From contig OZ024746.1 of NCBI GenBank assembly GCA_964016885.1, positions 4,402,001 through 4,466,000 on the forward strand: a stretch of DNA of 64,000 nt, written 5' to 3'. A program made the translations under genes and the position numbers. The stretch is from Eledone cirrhosa (Eukaryota). Positions within the stretch are counted from its first letter, which is position 1, and each line of letters opens with the position of its first letter. Below the pieces are notes generated by a model. That model did no database searches and had not been told where the DNA came from. It was given only the letters and a program-made list of their open reading frames with translations. Below, piece by piece: positions 14,143 to 27,620 of this stretch.

Positions 14143-14338
14143 TTAACCCTTTGGCATTCAAACCGGCCATATCCGGCCAGATTTCTGGCCACTCATACTA
14201 ACTTTAAGGTATTATTCTCAAAATAAATAACATCAAAATGTCATAGATTCGATAGTATGTGAGATAATTAGGTAAGATAAAGCCTTTACCGCAAAATACA
14301 ATAGTAAATATAGAGTAATGTAAATGATAAAGTGTTAA
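14143..14338. mobile_element. possible piggyBac-type MITE
   Basis: TTAA-CCCTTTGGCATT ... AATGATAAAGTG-TTAA imperfect terminal inverted repeats. Confidence 0.4.
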
Positions 14339-14359
14339 AACAGTGATTTGGTGGTGAGA

Positions 14360-14776
14360 CAGACGTACCGTGTTAATAGTAGTGTGTAGGTGAGAGAGAG
14401 AGACGTACCGTGTTAATAGTAGTGTGTAGGTGAGAGAGAGAGACGTACCGTGTTAATAGTAGTGTGTAGGTGAGAGAGAGAGACGTACCGTGTTAATAGT
14501 AGTGTGTGAGAGAGAGACGTACCGTGTTAATAGTAATGTGTAGGTGAGAGAGAGAGACGTACCGTGTTAATAGTAGTGTGTAGGTGAGAGAGAGAGAGAG
14601 ACGTACCGTGTTAATAGTAGTGTGTGAGAGAGAGACGTACCGTGTTAATAGTAATGTGTGTAAGAGTGAGAGACGTATCGTGTTAATAGTAGTGTGTGTA
14701 AGTGAGAGAGAGAGAGACGTACCGTGTTAATAGTAGTGTGTAAGTGAGAGAGCCAGACGTACCGTGTTAATAGTAG

Positions 14777-14847
<71 letters not shown>

Positions 14848-15112
14848 TACCGTGTTAATAGTAGTGTGTGTAAGAGAGATAGACGTACCGTGTTAATAGT
14901 AGTGTGTGTAGGTGAGAGAGAGAGAGAGAGAGACGTGCCGTGTTAATAGTAGTGTGTGTAGGTGAGAGAGGTGTATCGTGTTAATAGTAGTGTGTGTAGG
15001 TGAGAGAGAGAGAGAGACGTACCGTGTTAATAGTAGTGTGTGAGAGAGAGAGAGAGACGTACCGTGTTAATAGTAGTGAGAGAGAGAGAGAGAAGCGTAC
15101 CGTGTTAATAGT

Positions 15113-15164
<52 letters not shown>

Positions 15165-15186
15165 GTACCGTGTTAATAGTAGTGTA
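14360..15186. repeat. ACGTACCGTGTTAATAGTAGTGTG + (GA)n compound minisatellite
   Basis: About 19 units with variable GA tracts. Confidence 0.95.
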
Positions 15187-15636
15187 AGAGTGTTTCTTTC
15201 TATGTATATGTTTGTTTGTGTGTGGGGAGGTTCTCTCTGCCTCTCTCTCTCTCTCTCTTTCACTTTTTCTCTCCCCCCCCTCTTTCTCTCTTTCTCTCTC
15301 TCTTTCTTTCTCTCTGTCTCTCTTTTTCAGTCTTTCTTTCTCGCTTTTTCTCTCTCCCTCTTTCTTTCTCCCTCTCTCTCCCTCTCTCCGTGATGGGAGA
15401 AAATAAGGAATGGTATATAAAGAGCGAGGGACAGTGTTAAAATTATGTTGGAACTCTAGTAAATGTGTGACAATGTTGTGGGTAAGTAAGTAGAAAATAA
15501 GCCTGGTATTCCTATTAAACTAATTTATTTTAAATACGGTCATATTTTGACCTTTGTCTCCAACAGTCATCCATCAAACACACGCTTTCAATCGAATACA
15601 AACGAAAACTGGATAATTATCATCTAGAAGTCACTT

Positions 15637-15669
<33 letters not shown>

Positions 15670-15693
15670 TTACATACATATATATATGTACAT

Positions 15694-15889
<196 letters not shown>

Positions 15890-16135
15890 TTACATACATA
15901 TATAGATATGTACATGCACACACACACATACATATAAATATGTGTGTATGTGTGTGCGTGTGTATACATACATACATATGTGTGAGTAGCCACAACGGCA
16001 TGTATAATATGGAAGTGAATGTGCTTACGTATGTAAATATATGTATATATATATACATACATATGTATGTGTATGTGTGTGGGCATGTGTGTGTGCGTGT
16101 GTTGGGGGGTATTGTGTTGGTATATATATGAATTA

Positions 16136-16215
<80 letters not shown>

Positions 16216-16283
16216 TAATTCATATATATACCTCTTTCCTTCCTTGCCCACCACACTCTGCTATCATCTCTGTTCTATGTATG

Positions 16284-16364
<81 letters not shown>

Positions 16365-16779
16365 ACACACACTCTCAAGAGCGTGAAACTAATAAACCCT
16401 TCTTCTTACTGCCTCTCTGTTTTGTTCCCATTCCATTTTTCACTATATATGAATACATACATACATAGAAGAGAGATGATAGCAGAGGGTGATGGGCAAG
16501 GAAGGAAAGAGGCTGAAGGTGGCTGAATCGCTGACAATGAAGATAGAAAATTTGAAGGAAAGTAAAGACTTGAGGCAAGTGACAAGGCAATTACTTGAGT
16601 GGCAATAATTTCTGAAGTGTTCATCTGTCAGACGACTGAGATCAGGTCAGAAAAATGCAACTAGAGAAATAAATGGCTGTTTTAATTTCTGCTAAATGAC
16701 TTTGAGCTTTGACATCACAGAATTGTTTTATCTTGCACCGTGGAGGTGTATACGTTGGTAAAAGAGATAAAGATGGATG

Positions 16780-16819
<40 letters not shown>

Positions 16820-16883
16820 AAAACACAAACTCACACGCACCTACATATATATGTGTGTGTATATGTGTATATATATAAAAGAG

Positions 16884-16938
<55 letters not shown>

Positions 16939-17575
16939 TTGTTTATTACATGGACAGTAAAGAACTGAGTGAGGGAAAGAAGGAAAGAAAGAACAATTTG
17001 AAGAAGGAAAAGAAGGATGAGGAGAAACATCGTTTCCTATTTAGGGGGAAAAAAATACAAAAGTTGCTCAACAGTACATAAAAATTTGCGTCGAGATTTC
17101 AGTAATATACATACAAGGTTAAAGGAATTATCAATGATGTAATTAAAAATAGAATTATAGGCTGACTAGCTCCGGCAACTGAGTTAAATTAAGTACTGTA
17201 GATGTGTTTATGGGCCTCTATATAATATAAACAACTCGTAGCATTAACGGCGCCTCTTCATTAATAGTAAATTTTATCAATGAAGCTAAATCGTTGACTC
17301 GATTAAATTTCCTTTATTGATATGTATAAGGTTGTATAAGGGCGGCTTGTGTGTCAGTTAGAAGAAATGTATTCATTCATACGTGGCAATAGATGCACTG
17401 CTGAATATAACGAAGAAAAGTAGCTACCATTTAAAATGGAGATTAAAACACGTGTTATCTTAATGAGAGTAAGTTAAGGTTTAGATAGAAGAGAGTAACG
17501 AATAAACTAGAAGTAAAGGAAAGACAGCATAAAATTATTTAACAAGGTACATAAATATATACATCTTTATATCTA

Positions 17576-17615
<40 letters not shown>

Positions 17616-17635
17616 TATCTATCTGTCTGTCTATC

Positions 17636-19043
17636 CACCTCATGCGATACATCATAGAGAGGGCGGGGTGTAAACCTGGTTTCGGTGAGGCTCTGATCAA
17701 TTTAGATCAGTCTAAGGCGTTCGATAGGGTCGACCATCGATACTTGGAAGCGGTTCTCAAGGAGGCTGGTTTCGGACCCGTCTTCAGAGGCTGGATCACT
17801 GCCATGCACACCAACATCTGCTCGACAGTCAAGGTGAACGGCTACCTGTCGGAGCCGTTCGCAATCACGCGTTCCATCCGACAGGGATGCCCTCTCTCCT
17901 TCATTCTGTACGTATTGACTCTGGCGCCACTACTGCGGAAGCTGGAGCTTTTGCAGGGCATCCCGTTGGAACCGGGACTGCGGAAAGCGGCGTCGGCTTA
18001 TGCCAACGACGTGACAGTAATGGTGTCGAAAGCCTCGGAAATCGGGGCGATCGGCAACTTACTGCAGGAATACGAAAGGCTCACAGGAGCAAAACTCAAC
18101 CCGGACAAGTCTGTCGGTTTGCAACTCGGAACTTTGAGAGGCAAACCGATGCCGTCCGACAGCGTCGTCGGACGCTGGGCGGAAGGACCGGTGAAATTGC
18201 TCGGGGTCTGGTTCGGTTCGGACCTCCAGGTGGAGAAAAACAGGAACGAGGTCACGGCCAAGGTATTTGCGCTCACCTATGGACAACTTCCAAAGGTCCC
18301 TGGCCTGGCAGTGCTACCGAGGAGCTCTATCAGTCCGAGACAAGATCTACAGGAACGGACGCCCCGGTAGGGATCCTTCCAAGAGGACGTGTCCAAGATG
18401 CGAGCAGGACATTGAAACCGTCCTGCACGCAATTGAACACTGCCCGGGCGTAACCGACCTGTGGAACTACGCAGAACAACTGCTGTCGCGTATGGGACGA
18501 ATCCAGTTGAATGCCGAGTCCATAGTAAGGATCAAACCGCCAAGTTCTTTCAAAAACGAAAGAGAGGCGGTTTTCCTCTGTATAGTGGCTATGGTGAAAG
18601 AGGTTATATGGTGGACAAGGTTGAGAGGACTGAGGACAGATGCCTTTCTCTCCGGACAACAACTCATTCCCTTCTTTAGGTACCACTTTAGAAGGAGAAT
18701 CAGAGTGGCGAGAGAGGCACTGCACTCCAGTAAATATACTGAAGGTGGGTGAATGTAGCAAAAATGGCTCGAGTGATTGGGCCTTCTCTGTATATAAACC
18801 TGTAGGTTGAAGAAGAGAGCAAACGGAAGAATGGAGCACTTGCACAACATGCTCCTGAAGTTGAGGGTTGTTCTATCGACGGGATATTAAACAACACATT
18901 TGTAACGCCTCCTCCCTATTGGAGATTTCGATTGTTAAATTTGTTTGTTTTAATAATATTTTTACATGACTGTATGTAAAATCCCCGGCATGTGTCTTTG
19001 TATTGTTTCCTTTTCTTGTGCGCCCTTGTGGTAAATAAAGAAA
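17636..19043 (+). mobile_element. 5'-truncated, internally deleted Tx1/L1-clade LINE
   Basis: LDQSKAFDRVDH, RQGCPLS, AYAND (YADD mutated), then CPRC-x8-H-x4-C knuckle in another frame; 3' UTR ends AATAAAGAAA; TATC-like flanks. Confidence 0.9.
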
Positions 19044-19239
19044 TATATCTATATATCTATCTATCTGTATGTCTGTCTATCTATTTGTCTATCTATCTAT
19101 CTATACATCTATCTTTCATAGTACCCACCCTCTAAATCCGACATAGGAATAGTGAGCTAAAAATACTTGGTAGGGAATACCCATGCTAAAAACAAACTAC
19201 AAGTCCAATTGTGCTCTGACATGAAGTACGTCCTACACA

Positions 19240-19620
19240 ACAGGAATGGAAATCAGTACAGCAAAGACTGGGACACTGGTGTCTCAAGGAAACCTGTGCA
19301 CTCTACAGGGAAATGGAGTTCCATAGAAGCAGGTAGAGACGTCCAAGTATCATGGGGCCGTTTTCACGAGTGATGAGAGGCTGAATTAAGTGCAAGAATT
19401 GCAAGGGCTGGTGCAGTACTTGCTGCAAGTTGTACTGGTGCCACGACCCTTCCCAAAAAGTGTATGTGCCGGTGAAGAAGAAGAAGAAGAAGAAGAAGAA
19501 GAAGAAGAAGAAGAAGAAGAAGAAGAAGAAGAAGAAGAAGAAGAAGAAGAAGAAGAAGAAGAAGAAGAAGAAGAAGAAGAAGAAGAAGAAGAAGAAGAAG
19601 AAGAAGAAGAAGAAGAAGAA
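19240..19620 (+). mobile_element. RTE-like RT fragment followed by (GAA)n
   Basis: ISTAKT...CTLQGNGVP*KQVETSKYHGAVFTSD resembles RTE QVExFKYLGxxFTSD; (GAA)~49 at 19474-19620. Confidence 0.55.
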
Positions 19621-20904
19621 ATGGGACATTATATTAAATGTGAATACGAAGGTAGGTAAGTTGAGCTATGCGTTTTATGAAAGACACGAGTTGCGTTGTC
19701 AAATAAAGATAAATTATGTAGAAGTATTATTTCTGACTAAACCTTTCCTAGATGTGACATCCACCAAAATATACTTTGGGACGTGAGAAAAATGAGCAAA
19801 CATCTAGACTTTCTATTCCTAGAAAGGAAACCCTGAGGGGCTAATTGAGATTGAAACTAGTTCCAATTGTGCTAAAGTACTCAAGTTAGCCTTTGTTCGC
19901 ATGAATAATCTTGTAGCAGTACAGTGATCGATTAGTTATGACGGGTTGTAATGGTGAGATGCTTGAGGAACCTAATCTTTGAGTGACTACTACAATTGCT
20001 GGCGGGAGTTTCTCGCTTTCACTGTTAGACGTCCTTTAGCGAACAGCGAAAATATATAGAATCTGAAGCAGGGCGGTGGGTAGGCTGGCGCAACATAGAG
20101 AAAAACTTTCAAATAGATATATCATTCGCTGCTCAGTCGTAGACGTACATTAACATTAATTGCTTCACTGCCTACCGTAAATGTTGGTGTGTAAAAATGA
20201 TATCAAAGGAAGATGAATTTATTGACAGATCGACGCTTCGTAGAATTGCAACAAAAGAAGACATGAATGTCGTTAAGGTCTCAAATGAAATTGACGGCAA
20301 GTAAAAGGTCCAGCGGGAAAAATATATAACGAGAATGTATGGTTGCCAAATAAAACTGGAATATTCATGTGTTTAGTAAGAACGATTCAGTAAAAGCAAC
20401 AATAAATAGATAAATATAGAAATGAATAAACAAATAAAAGAATAGACATTGTTGTTAATTTTATTCAGTTTTTACAAAGATAGTTGACGCATGTTCGTCT
20501 TGATGTACACTACAAACTTAATGTTGACACTGTTTATTGAATAGTACAGATATAAAGACGTCATTTTCAACTGTTTTGTATGTATGGTTTGTATTTGGTG
20601 TGTTTCTCGAGCTCTTCTCATTAGTGTTATTTATATTGTTCTTCTTTTTGCTAATGCCGATGTTATTGATGTTGTTGTTGATGTCGTTTTGTTTTCTTTC
20701 TTCTGCCATTATTTTTTGGTGAAGTTATTATAGATATTGCGTTGTTATTGTTGTTGTTTAATAAGTCGTATTTTGATGAAAGAAAACAGAAGAAAAAAGA
20801 GGCAAATCAATTGTTCTTTTGATGATGAGATCAGTGACAACGTAAAGAAACTAACATTTGTAATAAGTTATCACTTGCAAACATATACACGCTTCACTTG
20901 TAAG

Positions 20905-21125
20905 CGAGCCAACTTAAAGAGCCTCTCCTCTCTCCCATGTTCGGCTAGAAATAGATGCCAAATCTCTCTTAAATCAAACGCTGCCTCTTTAGAAGTAAAG
21001 GAATGACAAATTGAGTAATGTAGTTCTAATTAAAATATTCTTGAAAATAAGATGTGTTGATCACGGCTGAAAACCTTTGATCATAAGTGTATTTATCTAG
21101 AGCTGAGCTGAACACAACAATAAAA
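20905..21125. repeat. old dispersed repeat (SINE-tail-like)
   Basis: GCTAGAAATAG..GCCAAATCTC motif shared with 11440-11520 and, inverted, 5520-5600. Confidence 0.45.
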
Positions 21126-21547
21126 CCATCAGACACACTGTATTGGTCACATATGTTTAACACGCATACACATACACACACAGCATTTATGATAGATCAT
21201 TATGGATAAACGTTCAACAATTATAACACATTTAATTAAAATTCAAAATAAGGAACTTTCTCGCTGGAATTAACGACCCAACCATACTAAAAATAGATTG
21301 TGCAGAGATAAAATGTAACTTAAAGTATAAGGCCTGGAGAGGGATGGGCGCCGCTAGGCTTAAAATGCCCAAGAAACACTGTATGTCAATATGGCGCCCC
21401 TAAAACTCTATCAGGAGTTACGAGACCATACGATAAGAGTATAGATCCGTACACAGATTCATATAAAAACTGTAGATAATGCTATTAATGAAACGATGTA
21501 TTAAATAAAAAGATACGTTAAAGCGATGACTATACGTTATATGAGTT

Positions 21548-21641
21548 TCAGATGATCGCACTTAGGGTGAAAGCGAAAACTTTTTGCTCATAATTTTAAT
21601 CTGTACTAATAATAAATATTTGCTCTACGGGTTTATATATA

Positions 21642-21683
<42 letters not shown>

Positions 21684-21731
21684 ACCCTTATCGAGTCGGC
21701 TTTGGATTTTGGTCTTTGTATTTATTATTAT
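21548..21731 (+). mobile_element. module A copy with degenerate HHR-like core
   Basis: CAGATGATCGCACTTAGGGTGAAAGC; colinear with reverse complement of 10075-10220. Confidence 0.6.
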
Positions 21732-21736
21732 CAATA

Positions 21737-22281
<545 letters not shown>

Positions 22282-22299
22282 CTATATCCACTGTTTTTT

Positions 22300-22829
22300 A
22301 TAGAACCTTACTTCCCCTTTCCAATATATAAGAACCACAAAGTTACTAAGACAAAACATATATATTTGCTAACATAGGTATGCATCTGTATACATATGTT
22401 GGTAGATATACTAATTCTTTATAATTATCTCCAAATTATTTGTTGAGCAAAACTTGCCGAAATTACTACTATGATTAATAGTAGTGGCTAGGCCCTGTCT
22501 TAATAGCACCCCCACTCCTCACTGATTAACCTCAGTGTCACGTGATTGATTCTTTTGAATTTGCCACTTGACCAAGTAGGCAGTGAATTTTTCAATGTCT
22601 TAGAATCTAGTCCCCGCTCGCTTTTTTCCATTCACTGAATTATTTTTATATAAGTTCCCAGTGTCCTCGCATTGCCTGGAAGCTTAGCTGAGAATAGACT
22701 CCCTGATGACGTAAGGCTTCTCTATGGATACGCTCCGTAACCATATTTATCCCCTTACAGAAACTAATTAGTTGGAGTGAAATTTTAGTAAGTAAGTTAA
22801 TTTTCATAACTTTCTTATTTACGCCTTTC

Positions 22830-22832
<3 letters not shown>
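22300..22832 (+). mobile_element. diverged monomer of the 558-bp HHR element
   Basis: Colinear with 59380-59915 (e.g. GTGTCACGTGATTGATTCTTT, CAGTGTCCnCGCATTGCCTG); same 3' end before (TA)n. Confidence 0.85.
22698..22778 (+). ncRNA. variant type I HHR (C10.1-A11.1)
   Basis: ACTCC-CTGATGA-C-GTAAGG...CCTTAC-A-GAA-ACTAATTAGT-T-GGAGT. Confidence 0.8.
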
Positions 22833-22889
<57 letters not shown>

Positions 22890-22916
22890 TTATACATATA
22901 TATATATGTACACATC

Positions 22917-23012
<96 letters not shown>

Positions 23013-23394
23013 CATGTATATATGTATATATACATACGTATATACATATACATATATATATATAAATACATCCATACATACAAAAACATCCATCCATCCA
23101 TACATACATACATACACTGATACGGTTATTAGCGAATTCAAGGGTTAACGGTGCAGTCTCCCAACAAACACAGCTAAACATTAAAAGTTATATTTGTAAA
23201 GATTGAACAAATATGTCTATAAAATCAAATCAGGTATAATATATTAGAGTTTCATTAAATATGACATACGACGAAAATCTTAGGAGACATCTTTGAAATA
23301 TCATGACCTTTGCCCTCCATCTATCTATCCATCAATCCATCTATCATACTAACACCTCTCCTTCATTTCTCTCTTCTTTCCTTGATTATCTCAA

Positions 23395-24177
<783 letters not shown>

Positions 24178-24222
24178 TAAACAAATAATGAACAAACAAT
24201 TCCTTATATTAAACAAAAAAAG

Positions 24223-24377
24223 TTCACTATTTAACGATCGTTTCTAGGGTATATATGTGCTATAATTGGTATGCATATTTAACAGATCTATGTACAAAAT
24301 TATACAAAATTATACAAATTATCAAGATTAAATATACATACCTAACTCATATATACGCCGTCTTCAGAAATAATGAA
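24223..24377 (-). ncRNA. variant type I HHR in PLE 3' pLTR, very long stem II
   Basis: Stem I TTCATTATTT/AAATAGTGAA; CTGAAGA; C-GG-C-GTATATATG...CATATATAC-C-CT-A; GAA-ACGATCGT-T. Confidence 0.8.
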
Positions 24378-25146
24378 GTATATTTATTGATAATAACAAC
24401 AATTCAAAATATCAGTTCAAAATTGACCAATGAAAACACAAAGGGTTAAAAAGCAGTTTGGTGTGTGTATATACATGTAAAACCCTACACACATTTTACA
24501 ATAATGTGTGTATAATATGTATGTGCATACTAAAAAGATGGATGCAAATAAAAAATTTCAAGGTTAATATCTCTGTAAGCTTAATGCGCTGATAAGATAC
24601 GCAATGATACTTATGTAGTCAAGCATATAAATATATTTTTTTCATACTCACACATATCAGTATAATCACACATACATGTGCGTATATATATAAATATACA
24701 CATAACCACGAACACACAAACACACACACACCCCCCACTCACATTTATATATGTGGATATAAAATCATAAGCAAATAGAAATTAAGTCACTCACATAAAC
24801 ACACTGGTACACACATTTCAAGATCAAGATACAGAAATTAGGTGGGAGGGGGGGGGAGGGGTCAGTATTAGGTTGTCAGACCAGACAGCCTAATATAAAT
24901 GTATCTATAAATTATGAAAAATAAAAAAATAAAAACAATAAAATATATTACATATAATATAATGTACATACGCATACAGATATACATACACATACATACA
25001 TGTACGCGCACATAGAGATATCTACACATACATACATACACACATACCTATACTGTCATACACACACATACATTTACACGAACATACACATACACATATA
25101 AAAAGATAAAATTACGGACACACACACGCGCAACACATACACACAT

Positions 25147-25193
<47 letters not shown>

Positions 25194-25304
25194 TATACAC
25201 ACACACACATAGACTCATATATATATACATACACATACATATACTTATACATAAACATATATATCCCACACTCATACCACCATGAAAACACATACAAACA
25301 TCCA

Positions 25305-25353
<49 letters not shown>

Positions 25354-25445
25354 ATACACACACGTACACATATATGCATATATACATACATATATACACA
25401 CATACACATACACATATATACACACACACATAAAATACAGACATG

Positions 25446-25476
<31 letters not shown>

Positions 25477-25572
25477 TTCATTACCCTTATATATACACAT
25501 AGTATATATACATACACAACCTCACTTATACACATATACACATAAGTTATATTACAATAATAATAAAGAATA

Positions 25573-25603
<31 letters not shown>

Positions 25604-25742
25604 TATACACACATATACACATATACATACATACACATACATATACATACATACATACACATACATACATACACCTAAATATAAACATATATAAATACAC
25701 ACATACGAATAAAGACATATATTCACACATAGACACCTATAT

Positions 25743-25784
<42 letters not shown>

Positions 25785-27620
25785 ATATACACACACATAC
25801 ACATACATACACATATATATATATATATACACACATATATACACACGCACACACATACAGACACACATACACACTCACATATATATATATATATATATAT
25901 ATATGTGTATGTGAGTGTGTGCAAATACATACATATATATACACACACGCATACAAACACACACAAACACATACATATGCATACATGCACACACACACAC
26001 ATATATCACATAGATACGAAGATAAACATATAAATAGAGAGACATACAAATATATACAGAACCCATATACACATACATGCAAACACGCATATACATATAT
26101 ACACATATATACACACATATATATATTCCTATATACAAGCATACACATACACACACATATATACATATACCTACACATATATATACCACACATTCACATA
26201 CACATACATATATAATACATATATATACATACATATACATACATATGTATGTACAATCATATATACACACTCAATCTTACATTCATATTTACATGCTCAT
26301 ATATGTATTTTTATATCTAGAAATAAATACCAAAAAAACTATATAGACACCCATCTACCCATATATTCATACATATACACTTACAAAAACAGATGATAAT
26401 AGTATGGGGGAAAGGGGGGGGGGTTTGGAGAAGGGGATCAAAGTAAATATATGTTTCAAGAAACCTATAATATTTTCCATATCTTAATTCAATGTATGTT
26501 CTTACATATTTTCAATGCTAGGAAATACGAAATCTATGCATCACAAAATAAAAAAGTATACCATTAATCATATGTCAACTAAACCAAAGATAGTCAACAT
26601 ATTGATTTCCAAGGTGTAAATTAGTTAGGTTTATAATATTTGAAGCAGAATTATGAAGTCAAACAGTAGTAGATTATTAATTACATTATAACTAAATTAA
26701 AGTTAATAATAGGGAAAAGAAACCCAAATAAAATTAAAATAAAATAAAGTATTACATCGGTAGTAGCATATAAATTATATGTTAACTAAGTTAAAAATTA
26801 TATATTTATTTCAATAGTATATGTTAATTAGTATATGTTAATTAGGTATACAATACATAAAGCAGATATTGTATTTCATCAATAGCATAATATAATTATA
26901 TGCAAATAAAAATCAAAATTAATACGCATACACATACATATACATACACATACACATACATATACATATACATACACATATATATATATATATATATACA
27001 TATATATACACACATACATACATATATAGTCACATAAATATACATACAGATACACATACAATACACACATATACATATACATATAGATATACATATCTTT
27101 TTCAAAAAATTTGCACAGAATATATTAACTAGGTATATATCCAAAAACACCTCCCATTCTATGATTACATGAAATTCTGCAATTCGTCTGTACAAGGATA
27201 CTAATTTTAAGCAAATTAAAATTAAAATTAAAGTTTTAGGTTGATTAAAGCTAAAACCAAATAATAAATATATTTCCAAAATGTATATTAATTAGGTCAA
27301 TAATACTAAAAATTCTTTCTCCGTCATAGGATACATGATATTATTTTGTTATATTTTATCTGTAAAAGAATTATAATAAAAAAAAAAAAAAAAAAAATTT
27401 TATAATAAAAGGTTAAACTAAATTAAAAAATTATAATAAAAGGTTAAAATAAGTTAAAATTAATCTATAAATTAAATTACTGAATATATATTAGTAATAT
27501 TTAAAGGTTTTTCAAAATTAATGATTACATAATATTTTCTCATCTGTAATAAAATATTAATTAAATTAAATTTATAGGTTAACTAACATTTAAATTAAAT
27601 TAAATTCTAGAATAATGTTA

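Noticed and set aside
19303-19786. Poly-E, poly-K and poly-F ORFs
   Set aside because: Translations of the (GAA)n tract
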